Assembly (NCBI GenBank): GCA_963808625.1
Contig: CAWEHK010000040.1
Span: 1 to 33,898, forward strand
Reading direction: 5' to 3'
Origin: an uncultured delta proteobacterium
GTDB taxonomy: Bacteria; Desulfobacterota; Syntrophobacteria; Syntrophobacterales; Syntrophobacteraceae
Length of the DNA: 33,898 nt
Below, one piece after another: positions 1 to 10,034 of this stretch; position 1 is the stretch's first letter; each line of letters starts with the position of its first letter. The notes below the pieces were generated by a model. That model had not been told where the DNA came from and did not search any database. It was given only the letters and a program-made list of their open reading frames with translations. Position numbers and translations under genes: made by a program.

Positions 1-138
1 GTCTCGATACCCAAGCGCTTCCTCGAAGTCGAGACCTGGCGGGGAAGGATAGACGGGGTTTACCTCGAGGCACTCAGGGACGCTTACGCCGGAGCGATCC
101 TGGCCCTTGCTCACCAGGAGAGCGAAGCCGACCATTAG
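1..138 (+). CDS. 3' end of an unidentified CDS entering from the left edge
   Basis: Frame 1 is open from base 1 (VSIPKRFLEVETWRGRIDGVYLEALRDAYAGAILALAHQESEADH) to TAG at 136-138. No family recognised. Confidence 0.45.
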   Translation, partial: VSIPKRFLEVETWRGRIDGVYLEALRDAYAGAILALAHQESEADH

Positions 139-173
139 AGAGGACCATAGATGTGCCTGATTGGAATCCCTTA

Positions 174-240
174 GAGCGTGTCTAAAAGCACTGAATTAGA
201 GTCCTTGTCGTCATTCCCGCGGACGCGCGAATCCAGGTTT
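174..240. mobile_element. Solo IS5-type terminal repeat followed by a REP-like palindrome (MITE remnant)
   Basis: GAGCGTGTCTAAAA (174-187, preceded by TTA) is identical to the first 14 nt of the IS at 31994. It is followed by GTCATTCCCGCGGACGCGCGAATCCAGG (210-237). Confidence 0.6.
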
Positions 241-378
241 TTTAAACTTTCTTACCAAGCGCTGGTTGGCGGTTGGTCCGCTACGGAAGCTTTGCCCGCC
301 AATCCATAGGACCTGAGCACGTGCACCTGAACGGAGAGCTCGCTCCTTGATGCATGGCGGCTGAGAAGAAGACCATCG

Positions 379-1068
379 ATGATACAAAGAGTAAGCAAAG
401 TCTTATCCAGCATTTGGGCGGCGGAGAGCGGTCCATACGGACTGCTGATTTTATTGTTCGGCACGATCTTCGTGCTGGCCCCGCTGCTCTCGGCGCGGAT
501 GGTGAGACCGTTTATCCCCGAGATCGCCTTTGCCCTGATCCTTGTTGCGGGGGCATTCAACGTCAGTTCGCGGGCCTCCGTTCGGGGGTTCGCCCTGGCC
601 ATCGCGGTATTGTCGGTGGTCATCAACAGGCTGGCGTCGGCGTCCTCCGAAATAGCGGCTGCGGCTGCAGATACGGTGCTCGCCACGGGGATGCTTGCGG
701 TGTTCACGCTGCTAATGGTCAAGCGGTTTCTTATCAGGGGACGAAAGCCTGCGCATCGTATCGCCGGAGCAGTGGCGGTCTACCTGCTGCTTGGACTCAT
801 CTGGGCGCGCCTCTACCAGTTCGTGGAACTGGTGAGCCCCGGCGCTTTCCGGGTTCCGGAGGGTGAGACGGTCAACGGTGCCAGCCTGACCTACTTCAGC
901 TTCGTCACCCTGGCGACGCTCGGCTACGGCGATGTTTCGCCGGTCCACATCGTGGCGCGCGATCTGGCCGTCCTCGAAGCGATCATGGGCCAGCTCTATC
1001 TGGTGATTCTCATTTCCCGGCTGGTGACCGAAGGGGTGGAGAAATCGGGAATGGGACAGGACGGTTGA
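379..1068 (+). CDS. Potassium channel family protein (Ion_trans_2-type pore with extra N-terminal TM helices)
   Basis: 229 aa, multiple TM segments, pore signature YFSFVTLATLGYGD. Confidence 0.9.
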   Translation: MIQRVSKVLSSIWAAESGPYGLLILLFGTIFVLAPLLSARMVRPFIPEIAFALILVAGAFNVSSRASVRGFALAIAVLSVVINRLASASSEIAAAAADTVLATGMLAVFTLLMVKRFLIRGRKPAHRIAGAVAVYLLLGLIWARLYQFVELVSPGAFRVPEGETVNGASLTYFSFVTLATLGYGDVSPVHIVARDLAVLEAIMGQLYLVILISRLVTEGVEKSGMGQDG

Positions 1069-1090
1069 AAACCTGTGGCTCTCCCACCAC
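683..1090 (+). repeat. Direct repeat copy A (3' ~60% of the K+ channel gene plus downstream bases)
   Basis: Aligns by eye at high identity with 5349-5756. Confidence 0.9.
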
Positions 1091-1250
1091 TAAACTCGTG
1101 GATTCCATTTCAAGCGGCTCGTATTATCAAGCTCCCCGCCTGCAATGAGCAAGATGGGGACTCTCGTCCCCGTCCTCTCCGATCACCCGATGAGTGGGTC
1201 ATGGTGCGGGTGAGCTGTATCCCACCCGCCAAAACAAAGATGACAGACTT

Positions 1251-2099
1251 CTAGAAGGCGGCTGAGATGCGCAGCCCGCCGAAAACATGCCAGTCCTCGC
1301 TATCCCAGGAGAGCAGGCTGATTTCCTGGCTGCCGCTGGGGCTGAGCGGAAAGGCATAGCCGATCCTGGGTGAGAGGGTGACGAATTTCCAGACCGGGAT
1401 ATTGAGAGCGGCAAGAGCCTGGCCTGACATAAAGCCGGAGAAGGCTTCCTCCGGATCGGTCGGATCAGGATAGGAACTGTTGTCGAGGGAGTTTAGGTAG
1501 AAGAAGCTCACCCCCAAATCCGTGCTCATCCCGTACCAGGGGAGCTTGAAGTTGCGCGAAAGATCGAACTGGATGGTCCAGCCGGGATTGTGCGACACCT
1601 CGCGGTAGCCGATGACCCCGACGTTCAACCAGGGAAGGGCATAGGAGAGACCGGCATAGACTTCGACGCTGTCGGGAATGTCGGCTTGCAGGGTGCGGTC
1701 AAGGCCGTAAGCATAGTATATGCAACCAACAGTTCCACTCAGCCCGCCATAGATCTCTCGAGAGTAGGTGGCAGTGAAGTCCGTCTCGTTCCATTTAGCC
1801 CCTACGGACGGGTTATTCTTATACTTGGAATCGGTGTCGAAATTCCCCCAGAGGTTGATTGAAAAACCCTTGTAACTAACAGTCATCGACGGCTGTATGA
1901 CCGCACTGTCCTGGCTGAGAGCAAAGCCCCGCCAAACGTACTGGCTGAGCACATCAGTGTAGCCGCTAAAGCTGGGCCGGTCTGCTTCTCCCTCAGCTTT
2001 AACCGGAGCGCTATAGAACATCACCAACAATAGTGCTATGGTAACCGATAACCCGATTCCTGCTCTTACCCAATGGTATTCTTTCATCGATCCAGCCAC
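1251..2099 (-). CDS. Outer-membrane beta-barrel protein, Gcw_chp/TorF-like putative porin
   Basis: Sec signal peptide ending PVKA, N-terminal DVLSQYVWRG...SAVIQPS motif, NETDFT, aromatic-rich strands and C-terminal beta-signal ending in F (GGLRISAAF). Confidence 0.75.
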   Translation of the reverse strand: MAGSMKEYHWVRAGIGLSVTIALLLVMFYSAPVKAEGEADRPSFSGYTDVLSQYVWRGFALSQDSAVIQPSMTVSYKGFSINLWGNFDTDSKYKNNPSVGAKWNETDFTATYSREIYGGLSGTVGCIYYAYGLDRTLQADIPDSVEVYAGLSYALPWLNVGVIGYREVSHNPGWTIQFDLSRNFKLPWYGMSTDLGVSFFYLNSLDNSSYPDPTDPEEAFSGFMSGQALAALNIPVWKFVTLSPRIGYAFPLSPSGSQEISLLSWDSEDWHVFGGLRISAAF

Positions 2100-2249
2100 C
2101 TTAAGTTAGAATTCAATTATGGTCGCACTTCAGCGCGTACCTTGTGCTTCGGTACAACGCTTCGCAGGGTATCGAATCTGTGTTGCTGGTCGGTTGCACT
2201 CGGCTTATTCCAACCGTTCACCCCGTCAAACCTGTGGTACCTGCTCTCC

Positions 2250-4601
2250 TCACTTGGGGCTTCGGGTGTTGGGAACGGTCTTACCCACCATTTCCCTCAC
2301 AATGGTGAGAGTCTCCTCCGCTGCTTCCTTGGGCGGCAGGGCGGTATCGGCGATATTGCAGACCAGCCTCGTCACATCGTGGTCAACCTTCTTTTGCGTC
2401 CATACCTTGCCCTTGAGAACCGTGATATAGACTGAGTAGGAGTGATGCGTGGTGCCGGGCCGCTCCCCGATGATATGGAGAATGCCTTTGAACCGGTTGG
2501 GGTCTGAGTTTTCAAATAATAGCTCGCCGATCTCATACCCCGCCCGGACCCTGCCGCTGGTGACGACGATATTCGTTTCGTTCACCTTGGCGCCAGCGTC
2601 CGTGAGCAACCTCGTGATCTCCGCCAGATAAGGCGCAAGGTGGCCATCATCCATGATGGCCTTGGCGTTCAGGCCGTCGGAGATCACGATCTGGGCATTG
2701 GGAGGATTCGCTCCCCATGAGCTCCTGAGCTTTTCCAACGCGGCAATGGATTCCGGGCTCAGCTTTTCACCCGTTTCCGGATGAGTAATATAGTTCTCTC
2801 GATTGGTGGACAGCGTGCGGGCCAACAGCACATTGGGGATGGTCTTGATGAATTCGGGGTTGAGCTCAGTCCACAGCGATACCTTGGCATCGTCGTAGTA
2901 GGACTTGACTTTCGCTTCCAGTTGCGGATTGAGGTCCCAAAGATTCTTGCCGTGGCCGATGGCGAGATCAACGCCTCTTGCGTCAACTTCTTTTATTTTC
3001 TCGCGTCCTTCGGCATAGATCTCGTCCACGGAACGTTTATCACCCTTGGCCAGGCGATACTGGTAGTACACCCAAAGAGGATCGCCGAAGTGCTCGGTGT
3101 ACTGGTCGTTTTTGTCCACAATCCCGATCCGTTTATAAAAATCCCACATGGCATCATTGACCTTGAAACCGAATTTCTGCCGCAAACGGACGTGATCCTG
3201 AAACGCCGTCGTGAGATAGCTCAACATGGGGTCATTCTTGGTGGGCAGGCTCATCAAGTAAGCTGGATTGGCCGGCATGATCTGGTCCTGGCACCAATCC
3301 AGATCATCCAGAGTAACCGACATATGCAGCGTCGAGCAGATGTCGAGGCCAATCGTCAGGCCATGGAGCTTCCCCATGGCGATATCTTCCAGGCAGACTC
3401 GCACCAGTTGCTCCCGGGTCCTGAAAACCTCAGGCCCGATGAACCCGGCCACATCGTTCACATGCAGCCAGCCCCCTTTGGGCTGCACCTTGTTCAGCTC
3501 AACCTGCACCGCGCGGCTGAAACCGTACTTCCGGGACTCGAGCACCATCATATCGACGCCATGGGCCGCGCCATTGGTAAATTCGGAACCCTGACCGGTC
3601 TCAAAGTAAAGCCCGTATTGTTCCCCTTTCTTCAGTTGGGCATATTTCAGGATCTTCTCGACAGTGATATCAAACGTCTTGTTGCAGCTATCCGTTCCGG
3701 CAAGGCTCTGGAACATGGTTGCGACCGAGCCCGGGTGTCTTTTCGCAACCTCCGCCTGGACGTCGATGTGGGCGAGCACGCACCAGGGGATGGTGTCCTG
3801 GAGCTTGAAGGTATCGACCACATCCTTGAGCGCCATTTCCACCGTAGCGACGCTCGTTACCTGGCTGTCAACGGGGTTGGTTCCGATCACGATGTCGCCC
3901 GTGGCATAGGAAAACGCGTCAAGCACCTGCCAGACCACATCATCGGGATTGTCGGTGGGTGAATTGGGCTGGATGCGGGCGCCCAGGTAGCCTTTTGCTC
4001 CCAGGTTGGTGCCCGGCATCGGGTTGAATATCTTTTGATCAATCGTGATCAACTCTTCATTAGTCATCAGCTTGGGCACGCACCCGATGGTGTCGCTGGT
4101 GAGGCCAAACATGATGCCCTTTATTTCCGCCTCGGGCTTGGTCAGCAGAAATTCCTTCAACTGTCCCATGGTCCAGTCTTTGATCTTGTCGTACTGGGCC
4201 TGGTCAGTGCTCTGCCAGATCAGCTTCTGCAAGTCGTCCACCAGCAGGGGATGCTCATAGAGGTCTTTGATTTTCGTGTTTGCCAGAAGGGTCCGAGCAT
4301 TCTGCCGGGTCGCTTCATCAATGGCGCCCACCCCAATGGTCAGGTCGCCCTCCTTGAAGGCATTCGAGGCACCGATCACTTGCTGATAGAGGGCCTGATC
4401 AAAACCACCTTTAACTCGGGTGACATACGCGAAGACGTCTTCTCCCGGCTTTGCCTCCTTGATCGCAATGGCCTCAGCAGCGGAAGCCGTCTTCGAAGCA
4501 AGCGTAACACCCGCAAGGGCGACACCGGCAAGTCCCATGATTCCAAGGAATTGTCGCCGGTATATTCCTTCGTATCCATTCGATGACCTGGCTTTATCCA
4601 T
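2250..4601 (-). CDS. eutBC: Fused ethanolamine ammonia-lyase large+small subunit (EutB-EutC) with a Tat signal peptide
   Basis: 783 aa. EutB motifs: ARIQPN, VIGTNP, LYFETGQGS, VNDVAGFIGPE, DPMLSYLTT. EutC motifs: QIVISDGL, GRVRAGYEIGE, IIGERPG, CNI. N-terminus has YRRQFLG, an h-region and an ASA cleavage site. Confidence 0.9.
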   Translation of the reverse strand: MDKARSSNGYEGIYRRQFLGIMGLAGVALAGVTLASKTASAAEAIAIKEAKPGEDVFAYVTRVKGGFDQALYQQVIGASNAFKEGDLTIGVGAIDEATRQNARTLLANTKIKDLYEHPLLVDDLQKLIWQSTDQAQYDKIKDWTMGQLKEFLLTKPEAEIKGIMFGLTSDTIGCVPKLMTNEELITIDQKIFNPMPGTNLGAKGYLGARIQPNSPTDNPDDVVWQVLDAFSYATGDIVIGTNPVDSQVTSVATVEMALKDVVDTFKLQDTIPWCVLAHIDVQAEVAKRHPGSVATMFQSLAGTDSCNKTFDITVEKILKYAQLKKGEQYGLYFETGQGSEFTNGAAHGVDMMVLESRKYGFSRAVQVELNKVQPKGGWLHVNDVAGFIGPEVFRTREQLVRVCLEDIAMGKLHGLTIGLDICSTLHMSVTLDDLDWCQDQIMPANPAYLMSLPTKNDPMLSYLTTAFQDHVRLRQKFGFKVNDAMWDFYKRIGIVDKNDQYTEHFGDPLWVYYQYRLAKGDKRSVDEIYAEGREKIKEVDARGVDLAIGHGKNLWDLNPQLEAKVKSYYDDAKVSLWTELNPEFIKTIPNVLLARTLSTNRENYITHPETGEKLSPESIAALEKLRSSWGANPPNAQIVISDGLNAKAIMDDGHLAPYLAEITRLLTDAGAKVNETNIVVTSGRVRAGYEIGELLFENSDPNRFKGILHIIGERPGTTHHSYSVYITVLKGKVWTQKKVDHDVTRLVCNIADTALPPKEAAEETLTIVREMVGKTVPNTRSPK

Positions 4602-4648
4602 GGCTCCATCCCCCGTGAATTATTGTTCTCAAAAAACAAGACCGTTTC

Positions 4649-4670
4649 AAATGTGACATTCGTAACAAAG
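4649..4670. promoter_or_regulatory. Possible CRP/FNR-family-like operator upstream of eutBC
   Basis: TGTGA-CATTCG-TAACA (4652-4667) is one mismatch from TGTGA-N6-TCACA and lies ~50 bp upstream of the eutBC start. Confidence 0.3.
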
Positions 4671-5348
4671 CCGCGAGGAGCAAAACGCTTGCCTCCTCAG
4701 AAATCCCAGAAAGCGCGAATCTCTTCGTCGCTAGAATTCCATGTTGCATTGCGCGGCGGGATCGGCTCTTCGAAGAATTCCGGGAGGCAATTACGCTTGT
4801 TGTGCATCCGGCAGCAACATTGAAATCATGTTCCGTAGCAAGGATTTTCCGGCCGGGGACTCGCCCCTTGCCTATCATCATGCTGATACGATATCGAGCA
4901 TTTATCATGTTTATGATCGCTTGAAATATTTTCTGAAGTGTGTAAGGAGGCAAATCCAGGGAGGATACAAAGACCGTTGCTATCCAACAAAACAGTACGT
5001 ATCTCGGGTCACAGGCAATAAGCGTTCGGCCTTAAAGGATGCGTCTCAGTGAAAATCTTTATCACCAGAGGGAGGATGTGTCCATTGGACCTTGGTCCAA
5101 TGGGCCTTCCCTTCACTGTTTTATGCTCCATTCCTCAATGAAAAACATATTCGGGCAGCACACAGCAACCCTCTCAAGGAAACAGCCAATGATACACACA
5201 CCTGCGGTACAGGGAAGATGATAGCACGAGAGAATAGTGTGGTCAATTACGGATGGACTGGCGAGCGGCCGGTGGTAGGCTCAAGGAAGCAGATTGCCGT
5301 AAGGCCTTGAGGATTTTGAACAAAGAAGGTTCGATCGACATGGCGCCC

Positions 5349-5756
5349 CCATGGGGATGCGCGCCGTGTTTACGCTGCTGATGGTCAAGCAGTTGCTTAT
5401 CAGGGGGCGTGAGCCGTTGCAACGTATTGCCGGCGCGGTGGCGATCTACCTGCTGCTTGGACTCATCTGGGCGCGCCTGTATCAGGTCGTGGAACTGGTG
5501 AGCCCCGGCGCTTTCCGGGTTCCCGAGGGTGAGAGTGTCAATGGTGCCAGCCTGACCTACTTCAGCTTCGTCACCCTGGCGACGCTCGGCTACGGTGATA
5601 TTTCGCCGGTCAACATCGTGGCGCGCGATCTGGCCGTCCTCGAAGCGATCATGGGCCAACTCTATCTGGTGATTCTCATTTCCCGGCTGGTGACCGAAGG
5701 GGTGGAGAAAGCGGGAATGGGACAGGACGGTTGAAAACCTGCGGATCTGCCACCGC
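5349..5756 (+). pseudogene. 5'-truncated duplicate of the K+ channel gene (repeat copy B; ORF 5351-5734)
   Basis: Protein is nearly identical to residues ~103-229 of 379-1068 and lacks the N-terminal TM segments. Confidence 0.85.
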
Positions 5757-6090
5757 CTCAAGCGGGTGATCGCTCAACTGACCCAGGACCCTTACATGAT
5801 GCGTGATTTTAGGGTTGCAGGATCTTCTTCTCGTACTTACTTTATACTTCTTGTAATTACACCATAATCTTGATTCAGCATCGGAGTCTCAAGCGCTCAA
5901 AGCTCTTGTTCTCGTTCCTACATAGGCGACACCGGTTGTTCTGATCCGCGGGGGGGAGCCGCGACTTTATTCCAAAGGTATTATAGTGGTTAGGGTAGTT
6001 AGCAGCCGGGCGGAGATGGCTCACCGGTTGTCTTTTTTCAAAGAGTATCATGAGGATTATTAATCAACAGTTTGAAGGGAAAGGAAAACC

Positions 6091-7183
6091 ATGAGGAAAA
6101 AAGCAATTCATTGGCAAATTCTGGGGTTTGTTCTGGTCTGCGGCAGTGTTCCTGGGAAGCTCTACCGCAGGGGCCGCTGCATGTGCGCCCAAAGTCGACA
6201 ATTTCATCTTCTTTGTGGATCAATCCGGCTCCATGTACGCAACCTACGAAAAGGCCGGGGCGGTTAAAATGAAGGTCGCAAAGCAGATTCTTGCCGACAT
6301 GAACGCCTTGATCCCCGAAGTGGGGTATAAGGGCGGCCTGGATCTTTTCGCCCCGTTCCAGGAGCTTCGAGCCCCGGTGGTCTACAATCGCGCTGAATTA
6401 GCGGCCGCCATTAAGACCATCAAAGACCAACAGGCAATCTACGGCCGTCAGACACCGATGGCCCCGGGCATTCTCAGCGCCGAAGAGGCGGCGGTGCTGG
6501 CCGGGTTGCAGGGAAAGACGGCCGTCATCATGCTGAGCGACGGCAAGTCCAACGTTGGCGGCGATCCGGTCTTGGCAGCGAAAGAGGTAGCTGAAAAATA
6601 TCCCAATGTTGTCTTCCATGTGATCTCCTTTGCCCAGCCCGGTGTGAGAGATTCGAAGACCATCAAGGGCACGGGCATCGATCAGGCAAAAGAGAAAAAG
6701 GGAGAGGCGATCAATCGGGCAATTTCTCAAATTGGCGGTGGAATGTTCGTTGAGGCTTCGAGCCTTTACCGGAACAATGCAGCTATGCAGCAGTTCGTGA
6801 ACAACGTGTTCTGCACTGAGCCGAAACCAGCTGCGGTAGTTGAGCAGAAGGTCGTGCTGAGAGGGATTCAGTTTGACGTCGATAAGTCCATTATCAAGCC
6901 CGAATTTCAGCCCATCCTCGATGAAGCGGTGTCTTCGCTGAAATCCAAGCCGGACGTCAAAATCGTAATCAACGGATACACGGACAATACCGGCACTGCT
7001 GCTCACAATATGGGGCTTTCCGAGCGGCGGGCCAAGGCCGTACTTGACTACTTTACCACAAAAGGAATTTCGGCGAGCCGGATGCAGGCCGTCGGTCATG
7101 GCATGAATGATCCCATCGCGGACAATAACACGAAAGATGGTCGAGCGCTCAATCGTCGGGTAGAACTCAAGGTCGTGCAATAG
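6091..7183 (+). CDS. VWA-domain + OmpA-like peptidoglycan-binding protein (apparent frameshift in the signal peptide region)
   Basis: MIDAS-like VDQSGSM and LSDG, plus a C-terminal OmpA domain (FDVDKS, GYTDNTG, LSERRAKAV, NRRVE). The RBS-preceded ATG at 6091 is 1 nt out of frame with ORF 6128-7183. Confidence 0.85.
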
Positions 7184-7197
7184 CCTTGATTGAATAG

Positions 7198-7248
7198 CCC
7201 TAAGTTCCCCTTTCATAAAGGGGGACTTAGGGGGATTTTCAGACAGCC
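7198..7248. repeat. CCCCTTT-N3-AAAGGGG palindromic element with an IS-end-like tail; may also terminate ompA
   Basis: CCCTAAGTTCCCCTTT cat AAAGGGGGACTTAGGG, followed by TTTTCAGACAGCC. Confidence 0.55.
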
Positions 7249-7306
7249 ACTAAGGGGGCCGAAAAACTCAAAGACGGCACGGCGGTGACCATAAGGCCCA
7301 TCCGCG

Positions 7307-7530
7307 CTACGCCCGCACCCAGCCCTCGGCCTCCTTCAAGGAAGATGGAGAAAAGAACTCGATCTCAGTGGTCCTGAAACCTTTTCCGACGAAAGCAAGG
7401 GCCTCAACCTTCCAGCGCTCATCGCCCACAATCGCCATCCTGGCGATGTCATTTCCGTGGGCCAACAGAAAATCAACGTCGCTCCAATCGACCCCTTTCT
7501 CCCATCCCTGGAAGTTCTCGACGATCGAAT
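7307..7530 (-). pseudogene. SpoIIAA-like (STAS/SEC14) domain protein, C-terminal fragment
   Basis: ENFQGWE...DIARMAIVGDERW...EIEFF...EAEGWV is typical of this family. The N-terminal part is missing. Confidence 0.65.
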
Positions 7531-7593
7531 GGCCTATGTTTCCCCACCATTTCCCGCGAAACCATGACACAGTCAATTTTTATGCCGGTTCGC

Positions 7594-7621
7594 TTGACAC
7601 GGACGATCTTTGTGGTATTCC
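7594..7621 (+). promoter_or_regulatory. Putative sigma70 promoter for the 7697 gene
   Basis: TTGACA (7594-7599), 16-nt spacer, then TATTCC preceded by TGG. Confidence 0.35.
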
Positions 7622-7696
7622 TGCACCGTCTCAGGTAACCTGCGGGTCAGCACCCCAATGTTGGCAAGGCGTATCTCACCAAGGAAAGGAGTTTTC

Positions 7697-8299
7697 ATGA
7701 AAAAGCTGGTTGTTGTCGTGATGGCCGTCCTGTTCACCCTGTCGATGGGGGCAATGGTTCTGGCCGAGGAGAAGGCTGCGGTGGAGAAGAAGGCCGCGGC
7801 CAAGAAGCCGTCAGTAACGAAGGAACGGACGGCGCAGGTGACCGCCACGGTCGAGGCCATTGACCTGGAAAAGCGGATCGTAACCTTGAAGGGTTCCAAG
7901 GGGAACATTTTCGACCTCAAGGTCGGGGAGCAGGCCAAGAACCTGCCCCAGTTGAAGGTCGGCGACCGGGTGACCATGACGTACTACGAGTCGGTTGCGG
8001 TCAAGGTGTTCAAGAAGGGGGAGGTACCCCCGGTCCAAGGGAGGACCGAGGGGGTGATGACCGCCGAACCCGGTCAGAAGCCTGGCGGGGCCGCCGTTTC
8101 CCAGGTGACGGTGACGGCCGCGGTCGAAGCCCTTAACAAGAAGAAGCAGACCGTTACCCTCAAGGGCACGGATGGAAAGTCCGTCACCGTGAAGGTGAAG
8201 GACCCGAAAAATATGGAGAACGTGAATGTGGGGGACGAGGTGGTGATCACCTATTCCGAAGCCCTGGCGATCTCCGTAAAGCCGGCAAAGAAGAAGTAG
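7697..8299 (+). CDS. Exported protein with two repeated beta-rich (OB-fold-like) modules
   Basis: RBS AAGGAG before ATG 7697, signal peptide MKKLVVVV...VLA, and internal repeats TATVEAIDLEKRIVTLKG / TAAVEALNKKKQTVTLKG and LKVGDRV / VNVGDEV. Confidence 0.8.
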   Translation: MKKLVVVVMAVLFTLSMGAMVLAEEKAAVEKKAAAKKPSVTKERTAQVTATVEAIDLEKRIVTLKGSKGNIFDLKVGEQAKNLPQLKVGDRVTMTYYESVAVKVFKKGEVPPVQGRTEGVMTAEPGQKPGGAAVSQVTVTAAVEALNKKKQTVTLKGTDGKSVTVKVKDPKNMENVNVGDEVVITYSEALAISVKPAKKK

Positions 8300-8324
8300 C
8301 CGGCGAGGGCCGCGGCAACCAATG

Positions 8325-8348
8325 AACGGGGCGGGAAACCGCCCCGTT
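8325..8348 (+). terminator. Hairpin downstream of the exported-protein gene
   Basis: AACGGGGCGG-GAAA-CCGCCCCGTT perfect 10-bp stem with a weak U-tract. Confidence 0.5.
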
Positions 8349-8873
8349 GCATTGGAAGCGCGTCGTGGCGGGAAGCTCTTCCCCTTCCGGTATACCGGTA
8401 TAAATGTTCACCAGGTCCGGCGGACGCCTGTCCCACCTCCTGATACCCAGGGAGCGTCCAGGCGACTGACAGCATTGTGCTTGCGCACGGTGATCAAGGG
8501 AGCGAGCACCAGGTGTTGCTCTGATTTCAGTTGCTTTCTATCCGAGTCATTTTTGTCGGCTTGTCCGACCCCTGCTTATAATAGACCTCGTTGTCCTTAG
8601 CAGAACGCTGAAACCCATCAGCTTGATTCACGAAACCGACGTGGTAGAATGCAACCTCCGGCATCCGGGGTTGTGGAAACACCTCCCCTTCCCTCATCTG
8701 AAAAAACCGAAAACACCTGATCCGGGGCCGGTTGTTATTGAATCAGCGAATCATTGGGGCGGCGGCGGAGGCGACAGGAAACTCCCGGATGACTCAACAT
8801 CATGGGTGTCTACCGAAGATTACCTGCAGGAATGCCAACAACGGTTGCGAACCAAATATAAGGGGAAAACTTC

Positions 8874-10034
8874 GTGACGGACATGAATACAGCCACGGAA
8901 TCCATCCTGCTGGTTGACGATCAACCGGCCAACCTACAGGTGCTTTTTCAGACGTTGAAGAGCGTCGGGAGCAATCTGCTCGTTGCCAAAAACGGCGAGA
9001 CGGCCTTGGCGATTGCCCAAAAAGCGCGTCCGGATCTCATTCTGCTCGACATCATGATGCCGGGAATCGACGGCTTTGAGGTATGCCGGCGCTTGAAAGC
9101 AGATCCAGCCACGGAAAAAATTCCGGTCATCTTCCTCTCGTCGCTGGACGAAACGGCGGATAAGGTCCGGGGGCTCCAGTTGGGTGCGGTCGACTACGTT
9201 TCCAAGCCCTTCCAACCCGAAGAAGTCATTGCGCGGGTCAACACCCACCTGACCATCCACCGGCTGAACCTCGAGGTGCAGCATCAGAGAGATCAACTGG
9301 AGCACGAACTGCAGGTCGTTTCGCAACTCCAGCGGAATCTTCTGCCTGAACGGCTGCCGCATATCGATGGCTTGAAACTGGCCGTGCATTATGAAACCAG
9401 CCGCTACGCCGGCGGCGATTACTACGATATCGTTGCCCTGCCGAACGGCCGTTGGGGTTTTCTGGTGGCCGATGCGGAAGGCCACAGTGCGCCGGCCGCC
9501 GTGATGATGGCCATGACCTGCGCCCTGTTTCGTTCGGGTTCAACCGGTGAGGAAGAAGCGGACCGCATGCTTACCTACATCAATGAAAACCTCTGCAAAG
9601 TGAACAAGGAAAGCTTTGTCACCGCCATTTATGCCGAATACGACCCCCGCCGCAGGACCTTCCGCATCTCCCGCGCGGGGCATCCCCTGCCCATCCTTTA
9701 CCGGTCTCCTGAAAGAAAAGCGCTCGAACTATCCTGCCCGGGCGTCTTTGCGATGGGATTGGAGGCTTTTCCCGAAGTTCCGGTAACCGAAGTAGCACTC
9801 GAGCCAGGGGACTGCCTGCTTCTTTACACGGATGGGGTGAGTGAGCTCTTCAACGAAGCAGGAGAACCCTACGGGGAAAAGCGCCTGCTGCGCCAAATCG
9901 AAGCGGCCTCCACGGATGACCCTGAATTAATGCTTAAAGGGATTGTCGAAGATTTTGCGGGCTTCGCGGGCGGTCGCCCAGCCGACGACGATCAGGTGAT
10001 GCTGATGATTGTGAGCGAGAGGACACTTCCGTGA
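8874..10034 (+). CDS. Response regulator receiver + PP2C/SpoIIE (RsbU-like) phosphatase
   Basis: [25 protein letters not shown]2C: GGDYYD, ADAEGH, LYTDGV, DDQ. Confidence 0.92.
   Translation: MTDMNTATESILLVDDQPANLQVLFQTLKSVGSNLLVAKNGETALAIAQKARPDLILLDIMMPGIDGFEVCRRLKADPATEKIPVIFLSSLDETADKVRGLQLGAVDYVSKPFQPEEVIARVNTHLTIHRLNLEVQHQRDQLEHELQVVSQLQRNLLPERLPHIDGLKLAVHYETSRYAGGDYYDIVALPNGRWGFLVADAEGHSAPAAVMMAMTCALFRSGSTGEEEADRMLTYINENLCKVNKESFVTAIYAEYDPRRRTFRISRAGHPLPILYRSPERKALELSCPGVFAMGLEAFPEVPVTEVALEPGDCLLLYTDGVSELFNEAGEPYGEKRLLRQIEAASTDDPELMLKGIVEDFAGFAGGRPADDDQVMLMIVSERTLP

Noticed and set aside
2781..4586. Long plus-strand ORFs 2781-3962 and 4035-4586, and similar ones such as 26396-27457, 27433-28443 and 29623-30738
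   Set aside because: They are antisense shadows of well-supported genes in GC-rich DNA and have no recognisable motifs.
4602..5340. Cobalamin riboswitch, ANTAR hairpins or sigma54 promoter upstream of eutBC
   Set aside because: No convincing B12-box or paired ANTAR hexaloops were found by eye. The best -24/-12 candidate (GGAACATGATTTCA) lacks the conserved GC. An Rfam scan would settle this.
8623..8877. 84-aa ORF overlapping the phosphatase start
   Set aside because: TTG start, no clear RBS and no recognisable motif. It could be a remnant but is unsupported.
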